Source: a virus | Taxonomy: Duplodnaviria; Caudoviricetes | IMG/VR virus record: IMGVR_UViG_3300022824_000002 | Location: 1-57,416 of that record | Direction: 5' to 3' (one strand) | DNA: 57,416 nucleotides | Part shown: positions 8,421 through 16,212 of the stretch, piece by piece | Layout of the letters: each line of letters begins with the position of its first letter | Position numbering within the stretch: the stretch's first letter is position 1 | Position numbers and translations under genes: made by a program | Notes under the pieces: model-generated | Database searches by the model: none | Seen by the model: only the letters and a program-made list of their open reading frames with translations | What the model was told of the DNA's origin: nothing

Positions 8421-8833
8421 TCTTGTCCACCTCTCGTATTTAGTAGTTATTAACAGTAGGACTAATAGAACCTTAGGGGATTAAGCAACGGCTTCTAACT
8501 CCTCCTGCCAAGAATAGGGGACTATACATAGATGCGTATAATCAACTAAACTTGGCAGGAGTATAGAATAGAACCTCTTTTTCATGAAGTATCCGTATTC
8601 TAGCATTGTCATGCGGGCTTATGACGAACTAAGGTCTGCTATCAAATGTTCGTAAGCGATTTACCGCTTTCACCCCTCCCCCTATGATGCTCTCACACCA
8701 CACAGGACAGTTTCGCGTACCCACTCATCAGCGGGAAGCAATCTTGAAAAAACAAAGGCAAACGGCTCCCCATCTAACGGCATTCACATGGGGATTAGCC
8801 ACGCTGATTTTCTTACATCCTTTTATACAACAT

Positions 8834-8871
8834 AAAAAGGACATCAGCGTTATCTCAAACCGCTGTGTCCT
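8834..8871 (-). terminator. Conditional terminator (attenuator) inside the long transcript
   Basis: GGACA-CAGCG/CGCTG-A-TGTCC stem followed by TTTTT; 5' arm overlaps a competing helix. Confidence 0.65.
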
Positions 8872-8909
8872 ACTAATTGTCTAATCCAAAATTTTCCTAT
8901 AAAGAATAC

Positions 8910-8939
8910 TTGATTTCACATCCACAATGATGATATAAT
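8910..8939 (+). promoter_or_regulatory. Sigma-A promoter for antisense RNA
   Basis: TTGATT-18-TATAAT with extended TGn. Confidence 0.8.
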
Positions 8940-8945
8940 CTAAAG

Positions 8946-9060
8946 CATACCTTACTGATTGGTTGTGACTTTCAGTAGGAAAGAATTATAAACCATTGCA
9001 AGTGGTTCGTAATTCGTATATGACTCTGTGGGCTTAATTGCTTACAGAGTTATTTTATTT
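8946..9060 (+). ncRNA. ~115-nt three-stem-loop antisense (counter-transcribed) RNA
   Basis: Hairpins 8951-8979, 8983-9015, 9021-9052 + TTTTATTT; fully complementary to the 5' end of the opposite transcript. Confidence 0.75.
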
Positions 9061-9065
9061 CCCTT

Positions 9066-9094
9066 ATTATATAATAATTACTATTAAAATACAA
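9066..9094 (-). promoter_or_regulatory. Sigma-A promoter for the long RNA
   Basis: TTGTAT(9094-9089)-17-TATAAT(9071-9066). Confidence 0.8.
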
Positions 9095-9097
9095 GGG

Positions 9098-9160
9098 AAA
9101 TGTGGATAAGCATCAAAAATAATGCCTAAATTCGAGTTTTTAAGCTACTTATCCACATTT
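9098..9160. promoter_or_regulatory. Two perfect DnaA boxes (TTATCCACA) in inverted orientation
   Basis: TGTGGATAA 9101-9109 and TTATCCACA 9149-9157, within a 13-bp inverted repeat. Confidence 0.8.
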
Positions 9161-9178
9161 GTTAATATTTTCGCATAG

Positions 9179-9212
9179 AAAAAGAGCCTGCCGAATTGGT
9201 AGACTCTTTTTA
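9179..9212. terminator. Bidirectional terminator insulating the RNA locus from the ATPase operon
   Basis: AAAAAGAGCCTGCC-GAATT-GGTAGACTCTTTTT. Confidence 0.75.
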
Positions 9213-11372
9213 TTTTACACTCGGAGGTTTTGCCATCTTAGCTAAAAAAGGTGTAACAGTAACGCCACCAGCACGAATAACGTTTATAGCCCAATGTCTA
9301 GGCGTTTTCATTGCCTCTTCTAGTTCAAAAGGCTTGATTTCCTCTGCTAAGTCTTGATAAGTTTTTTTACTGCTAGTGTACAAGTGGTAATGTGGCCCTG
9401 CTGATTTAATTATTTCGGCTACCCCTCTAGGTATCTGCTCCCACGAATGGAACATCCAACAATATGCAAATCTCCACTTTCTACTCTCTACTGCTGCTGA
9501 TTTCCAAGTCCTTGATGATCTCATGTATTGGTGTGGTTCATCCTGGATAACGTGTACCGGGTGAGTTGTTTTCCTAAGTACCATAGCCAAATCTATTTTA
9601 GTAGCTATAAGAGATGCTAATACGTCTACTCCCTCTGATCCTAACTCACCTTTTGGTATATCAATAATAATTGCTTTTGGTGGTCCGTCTAGTAGCTCCA
9701 CAAAGTCAATTCCGTTCTCAGCGGTTAAACACTCATTTAAATAATCATCACCTGTGATCACATCTAATCTGTTGAGTACAGGCAAAGCAATCTGCATTTG
9801 ACGGTTTTCTGTCATTTTATCGAATAGCTTCCAAGTTTCTTTTTCTTGATCTCGCATAGTAAGCAATAATTTCTTACGATAATTTACATCGGTTAAAATA
9901 TTAACTACTTCAGATAATCTACCACTAGGAACGGCTTTGGCTGCTGCTCTCAAAAACTTGATTGTTTGCGCTCCTGCTTCATCGGCTGCCGCTTCCACAA
10001 ATGATATAATTTCATTGGCCAATCTATTTCTAGTACGTTTCCCATGCTTAACCTCTCGCCAATCTATTGCAATCGGCTTAGTACCAAATCTAATGCGGAC
10101 CACTTGACTAGGAAGTAATGCACTCTCTATTTCGTCTCCTAGCTCTCCTTTTGCGGGGTCTATAACAATTGCACTCATGTTATTTTTTACGGCCTCTACA
10201 GCTAAATTAGCCCCAAATCCTTTGGTTTTACCACAACCCATACCACCAATAACTATTCTAGGCAAGCATAATTCGTCATGGTCCTTTGTTGGTATATGTA
10301 CTTGATACTTTTTGCCATGGTTCGCAACTTCACCAATACATAGGCCGCCACCAGTTATTATCTCTGGAAGGTCTGTTTCTCTATGCTCAATTGATGATAT
10401 TTTATATTCTTCCTGCAACGTCTTACTAGGCAATTGTAACAGCATCGAACACTCTTTAAGGCTCATGTAATCACTATTTATTTTAAATGGAGCAGCAGGT
10501 TCACGATTTAACATTTTAAGCCATGTTTTTTCAAGATTGATAGGGATTAATTTAAAAGAGTTATCACCGTCAAGAGTCCTAAAACTGTACCAAACCGACC
10601 TCATCAATGATTCTGCAACCTTATCACTATCGGCTTGAATGGCAATCCTAATCGTAACGTCTAAAGCATCTGCTTTTAATTTATCGGCTACATTGTGGCC
10701 TATCGGTTTTTCTCTAAGTGCTGCAGCTTTATCAACACCACTTATATCTACTGGTTTCTGTTCTTCTCCGGTCATTAATTCGGCAACTACGTTGATTGTC
10801 TCCATAGTTGCCCACGTTAAGGTCTTTGCTACTGCCATCCCTGCGGCCTTCCCATTAAACTGTGTTCTAGTAGGCATTTTACCTTTTAAGAATTCTTCAT
10901 AGGCGTATGATGCACCTTGCCACCAATCAGGAGCAGCAGGATCAAACAATATTTGTACGGCAATCTTTTCATTATCCCTTAACATTTTTTTAACTTCCAG
11001 TAATGATGGCAGTACTCCCAATGTACGCATATCAGTTTTAATCGAAAACATAAAGTGATTTTTAAGTTCTAGTTTTGCAATAGATGTAGGCTGAATAGTC
11101 AAGGGTTCTTGTGCTGATTTTACCGTTGCTCTAGGCCACACTACGGCAATCTGCTTTTGCATCACGCTTTGCCAATGTTCTGGAATCGTTAAATAAAAAA
11201 CAGTATTATTTCTATCAATTATAATTTCCCACGATGCCCTATCTGGTTTATTTATTCTCTTTCCATGCCAACGATGAATAGGAGATAAATACATACTGGC
11301 AATTGTTTGCAAAATATCGGATACATTTTTATTGTCAAGTCGGTTATCAGGGGTAATATGTAAGTGCGTCAT
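9210..11372 (-). CDS. VirD4/TraD/HerA-FtsK superfamily ATPase (720 aa) with large N-terminal domain
   Basis: Walker A GGMGCGKT, IVIDP.KGEL, Walker B VIQDEPHQY, ESRKWR..MFHSWEQI; start ATG overlaps pilin-like gene stop (ATGA). Confidence 0.85.
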   Translation of the reverse strand: MTHLHITPDNRLDNKNVSDILQTIASMYLSPIHRWHGKRINKPDRASWEIIIDRNNTVFYLTIPEHWQSVMQKQIAVVWPRATVKSAQEPLTIQPTSIAKLELKNHFMFSIKTDMRTLGVLPSLLEVKKMLRDNEKIAVQILFDPAAPDWWQGASYAYEEFLKGKMPTRTQFNGKAAGMAVAKTLTWATMETINVVAELMTGEEQKPVDISGVDKAAALREKPIGHNVADKLKADALDVTIRIAIQADSDKVAESLMRSVWYSFRTLDGDNSFKLIPINLEKTWLKMLNREPAAPFKINSDYMSLKECSMLLQLPSKTLQEEYKISSIEHRETDLPEIITGGGLCIGEVANHGKKYQVHIPTKDHDELCLPRIVIGGMGCGKTKGFGANLAVEAVKNNMSAIVIDPAKGELGDEIESALLPSQVVRIRFGTKPIAIDWREVKHGKRTRNRLANEIISFVEAAADEAGAQTIKFLRAAAKAVPSGRLSEVVNILTDVNYRKKLLLTMRDQEKETWKLFDKMTENRQMQIALPVLNRLDVITGDDYLNECLTAENGIDFVELLDGPPKAIIIDIPKGELGSEGVDVLASLIATKIDLAMVLRKTTHPVHVIQDEPHQYMRSSRTWKSAAVESRKWRFAYCWMFHSWEQIPRGVAEIIKSAGPHYHLYTSSKKTYQDLAEEIKPFELEEAMKTPRHWAINVIRAGGVTVTPFLAKMAKPPSVK

Positions 11373-11743
11373 TGTGCTTGGCGCATTGCGGCTCCCACTT
11401 GCGCTAAGATTCTCATTATTCCTGGTGCGAATTGAATCCCAATATAACCTACCGATGCCCATTTTATCATTTCTAGACCCCTGTGGCGTTGACCTATCGT
11501 TACAAAGAGGAATCCGCTTATCAATCCCAGATAGCAAAGTGGATACCCTACTGCCATCGCTAAATCTATTAGTGGATCGAACGCCTTTATTATCGCATCT
11601 GTATTTACTGTTGCCGCTTCGGCTGTTACTTGAACTAGTAAGACTAGCGGCAATGTCAAGGCGGCTACCTGCTTTTTTACAAAGTATTCACTTAGTTTTA
11701 TTCCTTTTTGTTTGCCATTAAATAGGTTTTTACTAAAATACAT
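11369..11743 (-). CDS. VirB2/TrbC pilin-like membrane protein
   Basis: AGGAGG RBS; signal-like segment ending AEA-A, two hydrophobic helices separated by GQRHRG, KWASVGYIGIQFAP. Confidence 0.7.
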   Translation of the reverse strand: MYFSKNLFNGKQKGIKLSEYFVKKQVAALTLPLVLLVQVTAEAATVNTDAIIKAFDPLIDLAMAVGYPLCYLGLISGFLFVTIGQRHRGLEMIKWASVGYIGIQFAPGIMRILAQVGAAMRQAQ

Positions 11744-11773
11744 GTATAAAGCCTCCTTTTTACGGACAAAATA
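11744..11773 (+). promoter_or_regulatory. SigF/SigG-type (forespore) promoter
   Basis: GTATA-15-GGACAAAATA matches B. subtilis SigF consensus GYATA-N15-GGnnAnAHTR. Confidence 0.65.
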
Positions 11774-11790
11774 CTTTTGAGGTGATAAAA

Positions 11791-11886
11791 ATGCCACTTG
11801 TAGTTATTGGATGGTCATTGATCGGTGCAAGCACAACCGTATTAGTAATTAAGGTACTTGTAAATAGCGGTATTATTACACGTTAA
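11791..11886 (+). CDS. 31-aa single-TM hydrophobic peptide
   Basis: GAGGTG RBS; MPLVVIGWSLIGASTTVLVIKVLVNSGIITR; not in ORF track. Confidence 0.65.
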   Translation: MPLVVIGWSLIGASTTVLVIKVLVNSGIITR

Positions 11887-11966
11887 AATATAAAATCAGC
11901 AAAGGGTGTAGTTCTCCCAATTGCTGTTAAAACAGCTTATGCACCGACCACCAATATAATGCATGA

Positions 11967-12173
11967 TTATATTTTCCAAACTAAACTTTTTTTGACTTCT
12001 GACTGATTTATTTCAGCCAGTTTTTCTTTTACTCTTTGTTCTACCTCGCTTTTCTGTATCTCCTCTCTAATTTTTTCTTTTACCCAGTTTGAAAAATTAA
12101 TACTGTTCGCATAATCTAAAAGTCTTTTTTCTGTATCAATGTTAAAATAGATTTGTTTTGATTGTGATGCCAT
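11967..12173 (-). CDS. RHH-like small regulator heading the pilin/ATPase unit
   Basis: KQIYFNIDTEKRLLDYANSINFSNWVKEKIREEI; AGGGGG RBS. Confidence 0.7.
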   Translation of the reverse strand: MASQSKQIYFNIDTEKRLLDYANSINFSNWVKEKIREEIQKSEVEQRVKEKLAEINQSEVKKSLVWKI

Positions 12174-12297
12174 TCAATCGCCCCCTGTGTGATCTCTACT
12201 GTTTAAATATATGCTCTGTATAGATAATATTGCCTGTACCAAAAAATAAAAATTATAAAAAAATTACCGCCCTACCAATTAAGGTAAGACGGTGAAA

Positions 12298-12444
12298 TTA
12301 TCCACGCATAGATTTTAAGAGTTCCAATACTTTTTCATATTCGGCATTTGTAAGCATTATCCCACGTTTCTTTGCATCCTCTGGAACTTGTTTTTTGCGT
12401 CCTGCACCTTCACGCTTACCACCATGTTTGATATCTGTTTTCAT
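12298..12444 (-). CDS. 48-aa DNA-binding protein with GGKREGAGRK motif
   Basis: Manual translation; ATGA overlap with upstream gene. Confidence 0.75.
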   Translation of the reverse strand: MKTDIKHGGKREGAGRKKQVPEDAKKRGIMLTNAEYEKVLELLKSMRG

Positions 12445-12701
12445 TTAGCCAATTCCTTGGAGATAAAATCTAAAAAAGATTTTATATTATTGAATTGGTC
12501 ATTTCCTATATTAAATGAATAACCTTCGTATTTCAAGAAATGCTTTAAGCTACGGGCATTAAGTATAAACTTTGCGCCACCCGCCATTGCTAACGCGTCA
12601 TAACTTGCATTACTGCCAAAAATATCACTGTTATCTTTTATAATCACCCATGCAACATCATTTCTGGTTGCTTTTAATAAACTTTGTCTAAGTTCTTCCA
12701 T
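12441..12701 (-). CDS. Hypothetical protein
   Basis: ORF track; start MEELR after AAGGGGG. Confidence 0.65.
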   Translation of the reverse strand: MEELRQSLLKATRNDVAWVIIKDNSDIFGSNASYDALAMAGGAKFILNARSLKHFLKYEGYSFNIGNDQFNNIKSFLDFISKELAK

Positions 12702-12750
12702 TTTTAAACCCCCTTCGCTGGTATGAAGCCCCAGATGGCTATTAATTTTA

Positions 12751-13257
12751 TTAGATGTTTTTGCCGGCAATTGCTGATTGAATTGCTTTTTTCACTTTTT
12801 CGAGTGATTTTAAAACTACATAGTCGGCATTTCCACAATAGTCCATTTGTTCTGTAATAGAGCGTACTGCATTTTCAGTCGTATTGCACTCGATGAAATA
12901 TTTTGAATTGCTGTTTTTGAATGTTTCAATTTTTAATTCATTCATGATGTTTTTTACTGTTACAAAAGATTCATACCATCCAGCATTGCGACCTTTTCTG
13001 TCATTGTATCCTTTATTGGCATCTTCACATTCTTGAAATAATTTTTCCATTTTAGTGAATTTTTCTACCAATTTGGTGCGGATATCAGTAGCCCATTTGA
13101 TTTGTTTTTCTGAACCAGTTAACTCAACCATGGTTGCCACTCCTTTTTTGATAGAAGTCCACAACTGACGTAACGCCAATGCTAATCTAGCTGAGTAGTT
13201 ACCTACCATTTGTTTTGCTAATTTATGTGCTTGAATCATCATTTCGCGTTTTATCAT
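12751..13257 (-). CDS. Hypothetical phage protein (LTGSEKQIKWATDIR motif)
   Basis: ORF track; own TTGACT..TACAAT promoter at ~13290-13317. Confidence 0.75.
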   Translation of the reverse strand: MIKREMMIQAHKLAKQMVGNYSARLALALRQLWTSIKKGVATMVELTGSEKQIKWATDIRTKLVEKFTKMEKLFQECEDANKGYNDRKGRNAGWYESFVTVKNIMNELKIETFKNSNSKYFIECNTTENAVRSITEQMDYCGNADYVVLKSLEKVKKAIQSAIAGKNI

Positions 13258-13381
13258 GTTAAGCACTTCCTTTCTTTATCTTGATTATATTGTATCATTT
13301 CAAGAAAGATAAGTCAACATGATTTAAGTGTGTTTAATCAAAATAAATGAGATATTTTCAGATATTTTAAAATTGGCAAAT

Positions 13382-13422
13382 AAAAAAAGCCACTACCAAG
13401 CAATTACGCTCGATAGTGGCTT
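13382..13422 (-). terminator. Terminator ending late/lysis transcript
   Basis: AAGCCACTA..TAGTGGCTT stem with T run on minus strand. Confidence 0.7.
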
Positions 13423-13447
13423 GAAGTTTAACGTATCTTGTTTTAAA

Positions 13448-13939
13448 TTATCGATTTGTCCACTTATCAAATAAGTTATGAGCCAGCGAACCCATGCCCA
13501 ACAACTCCAGAGAATCTCTAACTTTAACCCATTCTGATTTTGTATTTACAATCTCAGCCTGTTTTTGAGCAACTAAGCTACTAGCACCCGTTACAACCTT
13601 AGCAGTTGCATCCGTAATTACAGTGTCAATTGCAGGAATAGCCGATACTGGAGTCGTTACAGCTTCGTTAGCCGTGTCAGCAACGACAGAATCTAGGATG
13701 GTAGTTACTGCATTAGCGGCGGTAGTTTCAGCGGCACTAGCGGCAACAGAAGCGGAATCAATCGTATTAGTAGCAGCCTCAGAATGGTTTTGTAAGTTGA
13801 ATTTAAAGTTTTTCATTATTGTTATCCCCTTTTTAATTATATTTTTTATTTGGTTTATTACGCTGGACTTTTGTAGTTCTGATTGAACTATGTTAATAAT
13901 GGCTGTTTCTAACATGGGATCAATCTCAATCGCCCCCAT
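13448..13939 (-). CDS. Ala/Thr-rich hypothetical protein (alternative start 13816)
   Basis: ORF track; internal AGGGG RBS before MKNFKFNLQ. Confidence 0.65.
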   Translation of the reverse strand: MGAIEIDPMLETAIINIVQSELQKSSVINQIKNIIKKGITIMKNFKFNLQNHSEAATNTIDSASVAASAAETTAANAVTTILDSVVADTANEAVTTPVSAIPAIDTVITDATAKVVTGASSLVAQKQAEIVNTKSEWVKVRDSLELLGMGSLAHNLFDKWTNR

Positions 13940-14402
13940 TCAATGCCTTATATAGATCATTTGGCGTAACTGCATCAGCTTCCACGCCAGGCAAAACATT
14001 AAAACCGCCTGCCCTTAAAATCAGCGTGACTGTTTCAGAGCAATTTGCAGTTATGCCACCATCGGCAGGAATTTGCTTGCCTGTTATATCGTAGTAACCG
14101 CCTACAACGCAATCCAGATAGCCGTAGTGAGTAGCAATCAACTTTCGCGCTTCTGTCTCTGCCCCTTCTAAATCAGGTACATCAACGTCAATAAAAACAG
14201 CATTAGGATCATTATCGTACTTGTCGGCATCATGTATCCAAACGCCTGCATAGAGGTCGGTAGCATCCTTCATGCCAAGGGCCTCCAATGTTCCATTGAG
14301 GATTTTTATTGCAACGTGCGAATAGTTGCCCTTTGAAACATCATCAATTATTTTATCTACAAGAGAATCACCATGGACAAAAATAACGGTTACTTTAGTC
14401 AT
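13926..14402 (-). CDS. Permuted papain-like NlpC/P60 (YiiX/YaeF-type) enzyme
   Basis: YSHVAI precedes NCSE; ends VTPNDL. Confidence 0.75.
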   Translation of the reverse strand: MTKVTVIFVHGDSLVDKIIDDVSKGNYSHVAIKILNGTLEALGMKDATDLYAGVWIHDADKYDNDPNAVFIDVDVPDLEGAETEARKLIATHYGYLDCVVGGYYDITGKQIPADGGITANCSETVTLILRAGGFNVLPGVEADAVTPNDLYKALNGGD

Positions 14403-14601
14403 GATTGATTACCGCTGTCACGACAGAGGTTGCAGGTACGGCCTGAATAATATCAACATTACCGTTGCTTGTGATCACGTATTCATCAGGCGTGAGATAA
14501 ACGCTATCAACCTCAATCGCCGTTACTTTTTGCAATGGTGATCCGTCCGGCTGGGAGAATACTCCCGAATCTTCAATACGTACTAATGTGATTCTTTCCA
14601 T
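14395..14601 (-). CDS. Hypothetical protein
   Basis: ORF track, RBS. Confidence 0.6.
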   Translation of the reverse strand: MERITLVRIEDSGVFSQPDGSPLQKVTAIEVDSVYLTPDEYVITSNGNVDIIQAVPATSVVTAVINHD

Positions 14602-14650
14602 GTTTACTTCCTTTCCTTTTCCACTTTCATTAAATTTTCACGGGCAGAAT

Positions 14651-14705
14651 AAAAACCATCTCAAACCTTGGCAAGTTGTACGCCCCAAGGTTTGAGATGG
14701 TTTTT
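14651..14705. repeat. Perfect 21-bp inverted repeat (terminator-like hairpin) after endolysin
   Basis: AAAAACCATCTCAAACCTTGG-13-CCAAGGTTTGAGATGGTTTTT. Confidence 0.85.
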
Positions 14706-14748
14706 TTCTATGTCTGCTATGATTTTTGGCATATGATTTTCGATTAGA

Positions 14749-15330
14749 TTAGATACCATTGTTTTGGTACCAGATTGCCTTGCCCCGCAATGTGTTACCA
14801 CCAGACCATGGGGCATCACCGGGCTTTAATATCCATAGATCCCATCTTTCGCAATCTCCACCGGTACTGCCATCGGGATTGGGGGACGGACCATAAATAC
14901 CATTAGGACACCCATTTGCTTCATAGCCAGGGTTTTCACCGTCAAGGTTGTTGCCAGCTTCTGCATGAGTCATTACTGAGCCGACAACTGGGATTAGTCC
15001 CAATTCATTACACAGTACAGCCACTACTTGCGCCATAGCTTCTATTTGTGCATTCGTAAGCGGTTCTGGTCCAAAATCGCTTGTAGTGGCGTTATACATG
15101 CACATTGCGCCAATGCCAATACCACCCGTGTTTCGCATGTATGTATGGGCTAATACGGCTGTGAGGTCGTTCGTAGTTGCGTATAAAGTTCCATCCTGAT
15201 CAATAAGGATATGATAATCAGTAAATTGCTCACCATAATGCCCTGCGGACCAATGTAGGTAAATTTTACTTATGCTGCCCTTGGCTGATTGCGCCATTGT
15301 TTTTAAGTCTGTCAGTGTGATTTTCCCCAT
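14749..15330 (-). CDS. Endolysin, N-acetylmuramoyl-L-alanine amidase (Amidase_2-like)
   Basis: IYLHWSAG, YHILID, AHTYMRN, VMTHAE Zn-amidase motifs; start MGKIT. Confidence 0.9.
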   Translation of the reverse strand: MGKITLTDLKTMAQSAKGSISKIYLHWSAGHYGEQFTDYHILIDQDGTLYATTNDLTAVLAHTYMRNTGGIGIGAMCMYNATTSDFGPEPLTNAQIEAMAQVVAVLCNELGLIPVVGSVMTHAEAGNNLDGENPGYEANGCPNGIYGPSPNPDGSTGGDCERWDLWILKPGDAPWSGGNTLRGKAIWYQNNGI

Positions 15331-15331
15331 G

Positions 15332-15835
15332 CTAATCAATCCTTCTTTGCATATTTTTAATTCGTTCCTCAACCTGCTCCAGTGTTTCTCCCTTTTGAGG
15401 AATCGGGCAACATCCATCAAGACAACAAATTTGAGCAATAAAAACGGGCTCGGTTACATCGTGTATACCGATCCCACTTCCGCCGTCTGCTTGGTCTATA
15501 CCCCTATGATGTTCTGAGCAATAATTAACGAAATTCCTCTCATCATCAACTGATTCGATGGGGAGATTTATCATTAACTTTGAGTAACCGTAAGTATCGT
15601 GCCCGAGCAAATACTCCTTTAATTTTTTAAAATCACACACATTTTCATAACTAAATTCATAACGATGATGAGTTTCAATATCGGTATTTTTACAACCAAA
15701 TACATAACACTGATTATGACCGTCTTCTTGGAGTCTCTTTTTTGACTTGTGGAACCTAGCGGTATTACGCACGCCGTGAGCAGGGGTAATTCCTACCTCA
15801 TGCAATGTGTGACGTTCTACATGCTCAGCTATCAT
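15332..15835 (-). CDS. HNH-like His/Cys-rich protein in lysis module
   Basis: C.VFGC..IETHH...NFVNYCSEHH...GIH. Confidence 0.6.
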   Translation of the reverse strand: MIAEHVERHTLHEVGITPAHGVRNTARFHKSKKRLQEDGHNQCYVFGCKNTDIETHHRYEFSYENVCDFKKLKEYLLGHDTYGYSKLMINLPIESVDDERNFVNYCSEHHRGIDQADGGSGIGIHDVTEPVFIAQICCLDGCCPIPQKGETLEQVEERIKNMQRRID

Positions 15836-16212
15836 AATTTAACCCCCAAAGCTGTCAGTGCCCACTTCGCTAACCCCACTAGTCCTGTAAGACTACCAAT
15901 TAGCACACCAAATATAGTTGCAACAGCTGCGATTTTCTGCCAAGTTGATAAACTTTTTTGATCCTGCTGAACGGCTACCTTTTCCTCTGCTTTTTCAGCG
16001 GCGTCATGCGCAGCTCTCCAATTTTGAGACTCTTTCAGTTCGCGAAATATATAGTTATGGTCGTTCTGGTTGTCGGCATTACAGATTTGACAAGATTTTT
16101 CCTTTGCATCAAGCCTGCCTGTTAATTCGCCCACTGTTTCAACTAATTTTAGAATGTTTTCATTCGCTGTATTAACTGAGTTGAGGATAGCAACTTCATT
16201 ATTTGGAGCCAT
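15832..16212 (-). CDS. Coiled-coil protein with C-terminal TM (XhlA/holin-like)
   Basis: Hydrophobic C-terminus; position upstream of endolysin. Confidence 0.6.
   Translation of the reverse strand: MAPNNEVAILNSVNTANENILKLVETVGELTGRLDAKEKSCQICNADNQNDHNYIFRELKESQNWRAAHDAAEKAEEKVAVQQDQKSLSTWQKIAAVATIFGVLIGSLTGLVGLAKWALTALGVKL

Larger units (their letters stand above)
8435..9060 (-). ncRNA. Putative long (~600 nt) structured non-coding RNA, RNAII-like replication pre-primer or leader
   Basis: Consensus promoter upstream; no minus-strand ORF in the track; many helices (8502-8512/8551-8561, 8608-8625, 8624-8653, 8654-8669, 8727-8733/8801-8807); G5AG4 tract; 3' end uncertain. Confidence 0.65.

Noticed and set aside
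8684-8884. 66-aa + strand ORF as a rep gene
   Set aside because: No RBS, no promoter seen, no Rep motifs; overlaps the structured RNA
9210-11537. Longer ATPase start at 11537 and a complete conjugation system
   Set aside because: The extension overlaps the pilin-like gene and the ATGA coupling at 11372 is more plausible; no relaxase or other T4SS genes visible
13790-13816. Prp-protease cleavage motif (KFNLQ) at alternative start
   Set aside because: Lacks the following F-F/A residues and the protein is not capsid or scaffold
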